Shown: positions 1 through 13,315 of the stretch, piece after piece
Layout of the letters: every line of letters begins with the position of its first letter
Position numbering within the stretch: position 1 is the stretch's first letter
NCBI GenBank assembly: GCA_028023455.1
Contig: JAQFVV010000008.1
Location: 17,360,001 to 17,424,000 of the forward strand
Source: Epiperipatus broadwayi
Lineage: Eukaryota; Animalia; Onychophora
Reading direction: 5' to 3'
Length of the DNA: 64,000 nt
Program-made: the position numbers and the translations under genes
The notes under the pieces: generated by a model
Seen by the model: only the letters and a program-made list of their open reading frames with translations
The model's database searches: none
Told to the model about the DNA's origin: nothing

Positions 1-794
1 CTTTTTTTTTTTTTTAGTTTCTACATTTTGACTTACATTTTTTATTTATTAAGAATTAATCTATATTTCTTGTATTAACTCTTTTTAGAGGAGCCAACTT
101 TTAGAGAATTTGAGCATGAATGAATCCCCTATTATGTCGTTATTCTTTTATATATAATTTAATTATTAACAACAGTGTATTTTTAATTTTTATGTAGTTT
201 AAATATCGCCATCAATAGCCATAAATATTACTATATTCAACATTATTGTCTAAATATCAATATTTAACAGTCCTCTCATTTTAGAGAACAGGGTTACTGC
301 TTTTTACTCATAATTTATTAAATGCTTTGGCTGTCACTTTGTGATAACTCTGTTTGTTTGTTTGTTTTGTTTTTTCCCCAACTTTTTGCTAGTTGGTATT
401 TGGAGATATCTCAGGTTCAGACTGTAGAGTCAATTCAGGTTGAAGACTTTCAGATTCGTATTTTTTCATCTCTTCTATTGACTGCGTACTTATTGTCTTT
501 ACTTCATCTGTTTCTATTGGCAGCTTTACTTTTAGCTTATCAGTTTCATTACAATTTCATTTACAGAGACAGTTTCAGTGTCGTCTAAATTCGACACCAT
601 TTTCTATGCTCAGAGTGTCTCAAACTGAAATTCCTTTTTTCCAGTTGCACTATTGATTTATTTCCAAGTTTGCTGCCTGTTAATTATTCTGCAAGAAATT
701 TATCTATAGAAGTTATTGATTTCAATCGCTGGTGAGGCATGTATATGTATCTAATCCTGTCTTCATTAAAATAGGGTGATGAAATTATTTTCAT

Positions 795-1112
795 TGTTGT
801 TGTGGGGAGAAAGGGCACATTAAAATTTTTTGTAGATTTAAAACAGAAAAATTGCCATACATGTAATATTAAAGGACATTTAGCTCATATCTGCTGTCAA
901 AAAGACAATAGTCTAAAAGTTCAACCACATCAAAACTTGAAATCAGGGGGAGGTGAACACAGATAATCGCTGTATTACGCTAGATGTGACCATTTGTGAT
1001 TGAAAGATATGGAAGGTGACTGATGCAGGATTATTTATTTTATTACTGAAAGAGTGGATTTATAATGAAAAGGAACACAAATCCTTTACTAGGCAAAAAC
1101 TGGTTCAGACCT
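795..1112 (+). pseudogene. Degenerate Ty3/gypsy gag zinc knuckles plus protease C-terminal remnant
   Basis: Manual translation gives CCCGEKGHIKIFC, then (after a frameshift) CHTCNIKGHLAHIC, i.e. two CCHC knuckles. Downstream NPLLGKNWF resembles the retropepsin-end motif PLLGRDW. Homologous to the 3677-4588 ORF. Confidence 0.65.
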
Positions 1113-2499
1113 TACGGAATTTGAAAGAATGAAAACAGATGACTTACAAGGATATTGCAAATCTAGGAAGGGGGGGGCAGTATTGGATAAATAACATTGG
1201 GAAGAGGAATTTCAAAATCCAGAAGATAAAAAAACTTGAATGTCGGTCTATAGCAGATTTATCTAAGAAAACATTTAAATCATCAAAATCCTTTGGCAAA
1301 GAATTCATATAGATCATGCTTGACATAATTTCTTTTGATTTGTGAAAGCTTTTAAATTGATCACACTATTCTCCTTTACAAATTATAAAAAATAGAATTT
1401 TTTTCTAAACTTATTGATTGATTTGAATTTTTTCTTATAAACCATATAGTATGTGTTAAATTTAATAAAAAATTCTTTCTCCAAAAAAAAAAAAAGATTG
1501 TAATTTTGATGTTCCTTGGGATAGTATTTTAGCATCTATGCCTTTTCGTTTTAATGTCCATATAAATGATCTTAAAGATTGCCTACAATTTTCTAATTTT
1601 TTTTTTTTTTTGCTATATAGATGTTTACAAAATCCTTATAAGAATTTCATCTATGATTGATGGATTGTACTTTGTTTCAAAATAATATTTACAACTTTGA
1701 CTCCTAATGTGATCTAAACATTATGTCCATTAATATAAATTAATATTCATTTGTTTTATTTTTTAGAAAATCTGAAAATTTACTGAAATTTTGGATTTTT
1801 AAAAATTTTATTCATCATTGCAATGAAAATATTTTTTTAGATTTTCAAAGTCATAGGTGTTTCTTTTAAATATGGTTATTTTTCAATGATGATACAAGTT
1901 ACAAATTATGTATTTAGTTGTTCCCAATTTAGAATATGGTTTAATCGCCTGGAATTCTAAATGAGATTATAACTTAATGCAGTGAGTTTTCAACTAACTT
2001 TTTAAGGTTATTATTTGACAAATTGTATTATCTAATATGATCTCATTTGTTTCTGTTACATCTCGAGTATGAAATCTCTTTGTTTACATATATTCAAACT
2101 CATTTTCATGTGCTTTTATATCAAGTTTTTTTTTTAATGATGATCATTTTAATTTAAATTATAAACAGTTGTATAATATTTTTTGGTTTATTTATCATTC
2201 TTAAATTTTTGGTTTATTTTGTGTATTTTTTTTATTGCTTTTCTTTAATTATACATAGTATGCATATATATTGTATTCTTTATTGCAGTCAGTAATTGGT
2301 TATATCTTATTGTTTTGGAACTGAATATTATAAAAAATGCCTTTGTGAAGTTATAAACAATTTTTATGGAAGAAATAAAGATTCACAAATCTATATAAAA
2401 TATTTAGAGACAGGAAATTACATGTATGAGATTTAAATTAATAGAAATTAATGAACTTAATAAGATAATGCTTGATTTAAAAAATAACAATAATGTTAG

Positions 2500-3398
2500 T
2501 GCTGAGTCCAGCGGCACTCTATTGCTTGTTGGATTGCAAATATAAATAACACAAATATATTAAATTAATGAGGCAGCTCGACAAGTACATTTAAATAAGA
2601 ATTTATTTACAGAGTTATACAAAGATAATCTTGTTTAATATATACATATATGACGATTATATAAATAACAATAAGGGCCCAAAGGCATAGCAAAATAATA
2701 ATATCAATACGACCTGTTTACAGTTCCTAAGTTTACTTTTGAATGTCCGGAGGTAAACTTCTCCACAAGGCTAAGTGAAGGAGGGAGCTGACTGGGGCAC
2801 CTGAGGAAATGGCACATCTGCCTTTCAAGAGCTTCACTTAGCCAGGCTCTGGTCTCATTTCTATTCTAGATCTGTTTTTTCTCTCTCATTGTTTTTAGAG
2901 TAGACTCCCTTGATTGGCTATCCACTGTCCACGTGGTGGTCATCTCTTTAGTTACACTATTCGATCTCTGATCAGATAATGCAATTACCTTAGAATTGTC
3001 TATTTTAAGCAATGGCTTTGTTTACATTATCTTAATCCTTTGCTTGCATTCATCTAACTTTCTTGATACGTTAGTTTATAGTTTTTCATTAATTAAACTT
3101 TAATTAGTCTAATGCTTTTATAAAATATTGCGAATGCTATTGGCATCCACGCGCATACATTTAGTTTACCGTTATATCATTTATAACATTTCTTTTGTGT
3201 ATATATAAATATATACACACACACACAATTAGAAATCCTTTGGTTTTCAATTATAATTATTATTTGACTAATAATATGTATTTTGTGTATACATAAATAT
3301 ACACACACAATTAGCAGTCCGTTTAGTTTTACAGTTATAATTATTATTTAACTAGTAATACGTATTTTGTATATACATAAATATACACACATTTAGCA
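2500..3398 (-). repeat. 3' LTR of element 1
   Basis: Begins tgctgagtcc and ends ttagca; aligns along its length with 5289-6349; PPT is adjacent. Confidence 0.9.
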
Positions 3399-3411
3399 TA
3401 CCTCCCCCAAG
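3399..3411 (-). other. Polypurine tract (CTTGGGGGAGGTA)
   Basis: Purine run immediately before the 3' LTR on the minus strand. Confidence 0.85.
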
Positions 3412-3599
3412 TTTAGAGATCCGTGTTTTACTTTTTTCCTATTCTCTGAACTTAAAGCATAATAAGTATGGTAGGGGGAATTTTTTTTCCCAGGTTTATA
3501 ATAATTTCGTTTTGGGTCTGTGTTGCTGTTACAGTTTTTCCCAAATGTCCAGTTGCTGTTGTACTTTTCCTGAAACAACTGCAGCGTTTGTTGACTATT

Positions 3600-3850
3600 T
3601 TCTTCTTTCCTCGACTGGCTTGGATGTTTGCATAACATTCTTCCATTGGCCATTCGGATGGATACTACTTGCTTGGTTAAGTGGCGTATGATTTCAGCCT
3701 TATTCCAGAATCTCTCAATTTTGTTTTTAACCCATACGCGTTCTTTAGATACAAATTTATAGTTAGAAACAGGTGCTTCGTATTCTTCGGGTGACCTACT
3801 TTCCGCAGGCTTGGTCTGCAATCTAGATTTTTTTGTGGAGTTGATTTCTC
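3600..3850 (-). pseudogene. Integrase C-terminal tail fragment
   Basis: ORF 3393-3896 contains RVWVKN..FWNKAEII..G..KHPSQ, typical of Ty3/gypsy post-integrase tails. Confidence 0.6.
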
Positions 3851-5101
3851 GACATCTTTCAAGGACTCTACTATGGCTGGAGGTGTTTTCGCACATGATT
3901 GACAGTTTTTACGTTTTTCAATAAACATTACGATGTCATTATTTTTGCTCATTGATAATTTAATTCCCAAGTGATTGAATCGATCATGGCCAATGAGGGG
4001 ATTTATCGGGGCTTGAATTATATATAATGGCAATTTTAATATTTTGACATTGTAAGAAGTAATTGGAGCCTGAATTGCTCCTTTAATCTTTATGGCCTTG
4101 CCATTGATGTCCCTAGCTTTAAATTTGGTATGCATAAGTCTAGGTGGCTGTGTCATATCTTCCATGATGGTTTTCCAATCTTTAAACGATAGTAAAGACA
4201 CCCCACTACCACTGTCAATTTCTATTGATAAGGTTTTTTCGAAAATTTTGATAGTCATTTCATATTTCGGTGATTGGTTCAAAGACACATTATTAATCAC
4301 CGAAAATTCCTCTTCCTTGGGTTTTTTCATAAAACGCTCTTTGCTGTTATTACTTGTATCTTTGTCAAATTTCTTATTTCGGCACATTTTTTCTAAATGG
4401 CCAATTTTATTACAGTGTTTACAGCGTTGGTCCTTATAAAAACATTCACATGCCGTGTGACCTAATTTTCCGCAGCAAAAGCACTTAATTAGACTTTTCT
4501 TAATATCAATCACTCCTCTTTGATCATGCAACCTTCTTTCAGGTTTGTCAACTTTGTGGATTTCATAAGGATCGTCTGCTATTTTCATGGCCGCAAATTC
4601 TTTAGCTTGCTGTAATACAAGTTTGTGAGCTATGCACGTTTAATAGCTACTTTATAATTGATATCCATATCTGCCAATAACTGCTGTCTCAGACTGTCAC
4701 TGCTCATTCCACATAAAAATTGTTCGAGGAGAGCTTCCTCCAGATATGAGTCATAGACGCAGGTTTTTGCGAGTTCACACAGGGCACTATCATAATCGTG
4801 TTCGTTCATTCTTGCCTTTTCGGCAATTTCTGAAGTGGAGTCTGGCAATGGGTCTAGACTCACGAGGATTAAAATAGTCGGCCAAACAATCTTTGATCTG
4901 TTCGAATGTTAATTCTTCCGGGGTTTTAGATTCACAAAGCCTATTTGCAATATGGATTACTCCTTTTCCAGTGAAACATGTTTACTCTGTTTTACATTTA
5001 TCGTCCTTTACTCTGTTAATAGTAAGTTTCTCTATTTGTTGGATGTACAGGGGCCACTCACTTCCCTCTCTGACGTCAAATTCATATATTGCCGGCTGCA
5101 T
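3677..5101 (-). pseudogene. gag-protease, frameshifted (capsid-like region, two CCHC knuckles, aspartic protease)
   Basis: ATG at 5101 (MQPAIYEFDV..W); ORF 4630-4863 LEEALLEQFLCG; ORF 3677-4588 CFCCGKLGHTACEC, CKHCNKIGHLEKMC, IDSGSGVS, PLIGHD. Confidence 0.88.
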
Positions 5102-5271
5102 TACGACAACTTAGTCAATTTAGCAAAAATAAAAATATCTTTTTAGTAATTTATCCACTCACGAAATCAATTAATTAGATGCCAATGTATTCAGCTGTCA
5201 ATGCGTTAATTGTTATTATTGACAATTCCACAATTTTCTGGGGATTAAAACCGCTGAGGTTCGTAATCAAT

Positions 5272-5286
5272 ACTGTGGCTGCGCCA
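5272..5286 (-). other. Primer binding site TGGCGCAGCCACAGT (tRNA-Ser-like)
   Basis: Starts TGG, 2 nt after the 5' LTR; TGGCGCAG complements the ...CUGCGCCA 3' end of some metazoan tRNA-Ser; homologous site in element 2. Confidence 0.75.
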
Positions 5287-5288
5287 AT

Positions 5289-6349
5289 TGCTGTGTCCAG
5301 TGGCACTCTATTGCATGCTGGATTGCAAATATAAATAACCCAAATATATAATAATGATGCAGCTTGACAAGTACATTTAAATAAATTTATTTACAGAGTT
5401 ATACGAAGATAATCAATCTTGTTTAATATATACATATATGACGATTATATAAATAACAATAAGGGCCCAAAGGCATAGCAAAATAATAATAAGATCAATA
5501 CGACCTATTTACAGTTCCTAAGTTTACTTTTGAACTTCCAGAGGTAAACTCTGCAAGGCTAAGTGAAGGAGGGAGCTGACTGAGGCACCTGAGGAAATGG
5601 CATATCTGCCTTTCAAGAGCTTTACTTAGCCAGTGTCTGGTCTCAGTTCTATTCTAGATCTGTTTCTTCTCTCGTTTTTAGAGTAGACTCCCTTGATTGG
5701 CCATCCATTGTCCACGTGGTGGTCATCTCTTTAGTTACACTATTCGATCTCTGATCAGATAATCCAATTACTAAACCACTAAACATCACATGATCACTAT
5801 CTCATACTAGCACAATAATTGTTATTAAACAATCCAAAACAAAGCAAAACTCTCCATATAGTAGTGCCTTCTTGTTAGCACAAGATGGCACTACTATATG
5901 GAGAGTTTTGCTTTGTTTTGGATTGTTTAATAATCCAATTACCTTAGAATTGTCTATTTTTAGCAATGGCATTGTTTACATTATCTTAATCCTTTGCTTG
6001 CATTCATCTAACTTTCTTGATAAGTTAGTTTATAGTTTTTCATTAATTAAACTATTTAATTAGTCCAATGCTTTTATAAAATATTGTGAATGCCATTGGC
6101 ATCCACGTGCATACGTTTAGTTTACCGTTATATCATTTATAACATTTCTTTTGTGTATATATAAATATACATACACAATTAGAAATCCGTTTGGTTTTCA
6201 ATTATAATTATTATTTGACTAATAATATGTATTTTGTGTATACATGAATATACACGCACAATTAGCAATCCGTTTAGTTTTACAATTATAATTATTATTT
6301 AACTAATAATACGTATTTTGTGTATACATAAATATACACGCAGTTAGCA
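5289..6349 (-). repeat. 5' LTR of element 1 (contains a 171-bp secondary insertion)
   Basis: Begins tgctgtgtcc and ends ttagca; matches the other LTR except for the insert at 5772-5942. Confidence 0.9.
5772..5933. mobile_element. Hairpin insertion derived from the 59-61 kb HHR repeat family
   Basis: 47-bp perfect inverted arms 5822-5868/5887-5933; TAATCCAATTAC duplicated at 5760 and 5931; absent from the sister LTR; sequence matches about 61205-61290. Confidence 0.85.
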
Positions 6350-9300
6350 TTTAAGTGTGCACTTTGAGACACTGATTTTTGATGATGACCCTATATCATG
6401 AATTTTGTTAAAAGACAAAAAAAGATATCAAGGTTATCTGTTAATGTGTATATTTGTTTATTTATAAACATTAAATTATAAAAATAATTTTCACATTTAT
6501 TATTTTTATTGTTATTTTAAAGCTTATTTTTGTGAATAGAACATTTCGTTTGATAATTATTAAGTAATAATAATTAAAAATGAGATACTGTTGAAAATGC
6601 AGACAAACAATATAAAAGTTACATCAAAGAAAATCCAAAGTTTATAAAGGTTGGAAAAGAACATTAGAAATCATGAAAAATAGTTTCTTTCTAAATCATA
6701 TATAATATTATTGATGGAATTAAAAAATTATCTAGTTGGTATGAGAAAATGTCAAATGCGTTGTTAAATCAATTTAATCACTAAATCAGTTGGTTAAAGC
6801 TTTCTTGGAACTATTAACAAATTTTTATGATATACAAATAAACACAAAGATTTTTGATTATCCTATTGCTTATAAGCAAGTTTAAAGGATTTAAAATTTT
6901 TTTTTTTTTTTATTCATGCAAGATCTATATTTTTTTGTATTACATATAATCCATTCTTTCTGAATAAAGTAAATTAATTCCAGGAATGTGAAAAAATATT
7001 TATGATTGCTTGAGTATTGTTTTATTATTTTTAAAATAAATTTGCATTTAAAAATTATCATAGAATACTTTTTTTGATTAATATTAAAATATAAATTACT
7101 AACATAAGTATCTTATTATTTAATTCAGAACAATTAAAACCACTGGAATAATTATTGAATTAAAATTTAATTTGTGGATAGGATTTATTGAAACAATTTC
7201 ATATATTTGCCATAGTTATTAGAACATGAGGTACTCTTGTTATCATCGTATGTTTAATTTTAAGTAAAAGTGTGTATATCCATACTATGGTATTAATCTA
7301 ATGTATTGATTATTAAAAAGTTTGTCTGATTTATTAAATTTTTAGGTTTTTATATACTGTATTTTGAGTAGGTTTATAATAACTTATTTTAAAATAGGTT
7401 TTAAAGATTTAATTAATGAAGTGGTAATTGCAAGGCTAAAGATTTTTACTATTCTATTACTGTCCATAGAATAAAGAGTGAAAAGAATAATCATATTAAT
7501 TTAAAGTTTTTAAAGTTAGTTTTTGCTAGTAGTTATATTTATATTTAGTCTAATTTTGTTTAAAGAAATTTTATATATATTTGTGAATTCACATTTTGTT
7601 GTTAAATTTATTTTATTATAAAAGGGTATTGATATTTTTTTTGTTCCTATTTTTGAGAGATTACACTGATCATCGTGAGTGTACTCTCCTGAGTTTGAAT
7701 CTTGGGAGATGCTAATGATACTAATGTAGGTATGTCAATGATTACTTGTCGTAAAACATAAGTCAGCATCAATTAATCTATTGGTAATATTGGGAAATAC
7801 GAGCATTCATATGACTATTCTATTGACTGGCACATAATTTGTTTGTGACATGCTGCCTGAAAAATTTATAACCCTGAGAGAAAGATTTGTGAGACTCAGT
7901 AAAATGAAATTCAAATGTGAAAGTTCAATTACTTTATATCTTTGAGGGGAAGAAGAGTGGGCATGATAAAAGTAAACTTTATGAGAGTCTAATAATATTG
8001 AAAATCCTAGAGAAACAATAAAAAAGTCAATATTTTAAACTTATTTTGTAATTTTTGTTGTTGAAGCCATGTGTGATGGTTGAGAGTTGACGGATTGCTT
8101 TTTTTTTTTTTGAAGATTCTTTGTAGAGATTTAAAATAACGGGGTTGGGTATATTTAGCCATCAAGTGTTATTACCCAACTATTCATTGTAATCATATAT
8201 TGAATGGTATTTGCTCTTATGCATGCACTAAAAGAATAAATGCAAACTCAGGTAAGCTAGCAGATGACTCAATTCCAGCTTAAATACATTTGTGTTGTAT
8301 TAGAGGTATAATTCCTAGTCTTTAATTATTGTCATTTTTTCTGGTTTACTATATAGTGACAGTTAGTGAGATTTACCAGATGCTTAATGTCTAGTTATTT
8401 TCAGTATGTATGTTTTAATTAAAATAACAGAAGTCTCATTCCTGACTTTTATTCATTTGTTTGAATACTCTTGGGATAATTATATTATGACCATAAAATG
8501 TTACCAGACTGTCCTAAATGGCATATTTTTCCAAATTTCTTTTCCATATTTATAGGTAACAGTATATTATTCTATATCTTCATCTCTATATTTTTGACTA
8601 TCTCTTATGATTATTTTCAAGATTTATTCTTATAAATATTTACATATCTTATATATGAAATTGAAATGATTGCAGTTCCCAATAAAGCTATATATAAACT
8701 AATAACTAAACAGAGCAGTTAACTTTTATTTTAATTAATTTCATATCATTCAGCTGTGCTTCTTTATAGTTAGATCTTATATTTATAATTTTTAACTTAA
8801 TGTTTATAAAAAAATCTGTAATAACAATACATATCTTATTTCTTACTGTATTTTATAAAATAAAAATAATATTAAATATTTTTTTGTCATTTACCTATTT
8901 CATCTATACACATTCTAATTTTTCTATAGTTTTGAATTTTTAAAATAAATCTAATTAGTTTTTTCTAATTATCTATTCAATTTAAATATTTCCTTTTATA
9001 TTTAATTACATTTAATTGCATCTTTTTATATTTTCTATAATTGCTATTTAACAAATTCTTGCCATTGTTTTATAACTTCTTGTTTTCTGTGCAGCATTTC
9101 ATCAGCACAGTTATCAATTTTTTCTTAGTCATTTTTGCAGAAGTCTAGAAAAAAAAACCTTGTGCATTACACATATGTGTTCTCTATTATCTTATAGATA
9201 ATTTCCTATAGATTTTAGTAAAAACAAAAAAACATGATTTGTTTTAGTTTTTTTTTGTTGTTGTTGCAATTGGTTAAAAACATATATATATATATATATT

Positions 9301-11699
9301 GAAAGAAAAAATATCCATAAATGTAAAAGACTTAAATTGATGGATGGATATAAATATGTAATTTCAATTATTATGTTCAATATATATTTTAACATTATAT
9401 TAAAATTAATTACCTTCATGCAAAACTACTTTTAATTATAAAAGACATTGAAATTATCACTAAAAAATTTAAATTTTGGTTTAAAACATTGAGAGAATTG
9501 ATGTTTCAGCATTTAGTAATTACTTGCTTATTTAAGGTCATCTTCACAAATAAATTTAGTGGCAAAAAAAGTTCCAACCTGCAATTTAACAAATAGTTGC
9601 CAAAAAATAAGAAGTTCCTTGTAATCCAAATAGAAACTAAACTTGTTTTGCATTATAACAATATAAACAAGGGTCACTATTTTGCTGTAATCATTAAATG
9701 TGTGATTAGATACACTAACTATACCCAAACCAGACAAAATCTACTCTGCCAGATTTTTCAAAGTGTTGTCTCTATATTTTGAATCTGTCTGCCTCTTATG
9801 ATGAGACTGAGCGAATACAAAATATCTGCCATTAAAATCTCCCACATGAAATAATGAAACTAATAGAATTTTAACTCTTGAAAAAAAGTAATCTCAAAGC
9901 AATAAGAAATTTGACAATTTAAGAAAGTTATTAATCAGGAATAAGAACTGGAAAGAATTTGGACAGTACTGTATACACATAAAGAGTTTGAATACATTTA
10001 TAATATTCAAAAAATCAAACACAATTTAAAATAGTGAATTATAAATTACAAAATGCAATTATAAATTTCAAATTTTTACTTAAATAATAAGTGTAATAAT
10101 GTTCAAGGCCAAATGGGTTTGCAAGTAATCATTAAAAACCAATCAACACTTAGACAAACCCCATATCAATAACAATCAACAATTTCAAAACGTTGTCAAG
10201 GCAACCTTTTAACAATAAAGGTGGAATCTCATCTTTATTAATGGTCCAACACTAAAGATTGCAACTTGACCACTGAGGTTGAAATTATTGATACCTCTTT
10301 AAACAGGTAAATATAACGTTCTGAATGCAGAATAATAAATAGTCAATTATAACATTATAAACTGCAGTTATAAATTTCAAATTGTACCCAAAGTATTACT
10401 TAAATAATAAGTGTAATAATTATTTGATTTATGAAATATTCATTTTGTTTAATAATCAAATCCTATATTATTACTTTTTTTAAAGCTTTTGCATTTCTTT
10501 ATTCTCAATTTTATATATTATTTGAGTTATATAATGATATTTGATATGTATGATAGTCAAGTATTGAGTTTGAAGTTTAGTATATGGTAATTAGATACTG
10601 TAGTTATTAAGAGTAGCATGATAACGTGAAAGGCTGAAACCTTTGACTGATGCGCCTTAAAAAATGCTTAAGTGACAGCCAATCAATTATGCCATCATCA
10701 TCATTTTACCTGAATACTGATTGGTAGAAAGATGTTTTGATGATTTAGCTTTTCTGAGATGTATAATAAGAGAATGAAATATTTGACCTTTAGCTATATG
10801 AAATTACAGTTAATATCACGTAACAATTCTACTGATAATTATCATATAATTGCTCCAAAATAAGTTATATGCATCTCAAACTTTAATTTTGATACCCATT
10901 TGATTGTAAAATTTCTATGTTCTATTTTTCTTCTAACTACTATTACATGTGTATACAATTCAATCAAATGTAGATACTATAATATTTTGATTTTCGTCTT
11001 TATGATATGAATACAAATTATTTCAGAAATAACATCAAGTGTCTTGAACAATCATAATAATTATTATCTTATTTAGATTATGTGCAAAATATTAAATTTC
11101 TTCAATTATTACAATATATGTGTGGCAAAGATGATGAACAATGACTTGGAAACAAGAAAAGAGATTCTCAACACTTTATTAATTTAAAAAACAAACATTA
11201 ACATTTATTATAGTATTATACAAAATTTAAAATAATTTACATCTTATTTTTAATAAACAATATTTATCATATTTTAAATTTTTTTTATAAACTAACATTA
11301 ACTAAGTAATTGTAATAAACTAAATTCATATTTCACTCTAAAATTATTTACAAACATGATATAGTATAGTCTATACTTTACTTCATTTACATTAAGATAT
11401 TTCTTAATATTTTATATTAAAAATATATCCACAAAAATATACTATTTGTATTTTCATCAAATTGTAAATATATTTTACAAACATATTCTTTTATACTATT
11501 ATTCCTTCATCTTTAATCTTTCTATAATAATATTATTTAATTACAATTCTATAACTTATTTTACTCCTAATTTATTATTTTGTTATAAAGTAAATATTTA
11601 ATTAATTTAAATATTCATTAAGATATGGCACTTCATTATATTATTTAAAATAATAAGAATAATTATCAGGTTTTCCTTTCAATATCATATCTCTTATAC

Positions 11700-12290
11700 T
11701 TCATACTTTCATTCTGTACTTTGATCTTCAATATCCAACAAAACATTCATAAAATATTTCTTCTAACATTCTTTTAACATCCTATTTGTTTTGTGTTTCA
11801 TCATTTTTGCAATAAATATATTTACCTTATCATGATTTGAAAGTTTAGCTATTACCTTTACTTAAATCGTCAATCCCCTTATACAATATATATACCAGTG
11901 TGATTTTTCGTGATAATAAGTATGGGATGGATACCTTATAAAATCATAATAAACAATGATATCATGGACTAAATGTAACTTAAAGCCACATATTATCTTG
12001 TGTCTATCTTAATTTTCTATCTTGGCTACTATTTCAAGCTCTTACAGATTTTAGAAAAATGTCACTACCCATTATATCAAATATTTTGACTTTATATTGT
12101 ATCATATTTAACCTTAAACAACATGTCCCCAATACTACAGGATTTCCAATAAATCTACTTTCCCATATCACTACTTAAATTCTGACACTTCATATAAAAT
12201 ACTTAACATCACATAAAATATTCATCCTTTCTCTAATAACATCTAAACTTATTCTTAATACTTTTGACATACCAAGAAGACTGAAAAAAC
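11700..12290 (-). mobile_element. Highly eroded LINE-like remnant
   Basis: Purine-skewed minus strand with residual LINE ORF2-like peptide (GK.IYWKSCSIGDMLF); no diagnostic motif intact. Confidence 0.25.
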
Positions 12291-13205
12291 AAACAAATAT
12301 TTTATGATATAATTTATCATAAATATAATAAATCAGTTACCTTTTATGTATAAAAAGATCAATCTTACATACACTTAGACTCATATTAATATTATAATAG
12401 ATATATTCAATCCTTTATCATATACTTTCATGTAAATTCACATATTATAAATATATAATTTATTTTACCTGATTCATTGCTTAAAATTAAATACAAATAT
12501 ATTTTATTAAAAAAGACATCTTAATCATATTTTATGATTATTTCTGATAACTTTCTTGTGAATATTATTTCTTTCATATTATAGAATTATAATCAATTTA
12601 AGCATTTATTTTTATATAGCGCTGTGTTTACAATTATATTACATTCAAATATCAGCCTTTCAAGCTAATAAATGCTTATTTACATATGATTAAGTTTCAG
12701 TTAGAGTGACATTTAGTAAATTCTAGACAATTTCACTGACATCATTCAGACATCGTAAATAGTAATTTAAAGTGAGTGGTCTATCCTCACGCTTTCCTTG
12801 CCAGTACTTTAGATTTGCTCATATATAAGCATTTGAGTTGTAGGAATAAGTGGATTCATTTTATTCCTGCATAAATACTATATCTTGTATTGGAAAGGAG
12901 AGTATTCATTTATTATTAACACTTGCAAATTATTTATTATTAACACTCGCAAATTATTTTAAAATGCTTAAATCTAAAAATAACATATGAAATAAATAAT
13001 TCTAAGTACAGTACTTAATACTATCTTAATATTATAGCTAATACAATTAAAGTAATATAAACAAAAAGTTTTCTTTATCTCCTTCAACTAAAAAAAATAA
13101 AACTTCTAGGGTGTATATTGTTACCATGACAGCATAAATAACTGTTGCTTGAAAAAGAGCTTTCTTCCTCGCCTTCTCTCACCTTTGCTCTTTTCACCAT
13201 TATTT

Positions 13206-13315
13206 TTTTTTTCTCTTATGTGTCATAGCATCAGCCGTGAAGCGAACCTGCTAACCCAGGACAACTGCTTGTGAAGCAGCTGTCGCTAACCTCTTGACCA
13301 CAAATGCTTGAATTT
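13206..13315 (-). mobile_element. tRNA-derived SINE with 15-bp TSD
   Basis: A box TGGTCAAGAGG, B-box-like GGTTCGCTTC, A-rich tail; TTTTCACCATTATTT at 13191-13205 and 13316-13330; related to 59116-59226. Confidence 0.8.

Larger units (their letters stand above)
2500..6349 (-). mobile_element. Ty3/gypsy LTR retrotransposon, internally deleted (gag-protease kept, RT/RNaseH/integrase core missing)
   Basis: Direct repeats 2500-3398 and 5289-6349 with TG..CA ends; PPT at 3399-3411; PBS at 5272-5286; gag, CCHC and protease motifs on the minus strand. Candidate TSD GTTAG vs TTTAA is imperfect (3/5). Confidence 0.92.

Noticed and set aside
3190-3398. CRISPR-like regularly spaced repeats
   Set aside because: Whole-unit tandem repeats without unique spacers, inside an LTR in a eukaryotic context.
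9070-9112. CTGATGA...GAAA on the minus strand
   Set aside because: No viable stem II loop, no UH triplet and no stem I partner.
10030-10420. About 70-bp direct repeats flanking 240 bp (possible TRIM)
   Set aside because: No TG..CA ends, PBS, PPT or TSD; likely a local duplication.
10640-10690. TTGA CTGATGC..CTTAA/TTAAG..GACA..TCAA HHR-like pattern
   Set aside because: Two core positions are wrong and stem III is not interpretable; single copy.
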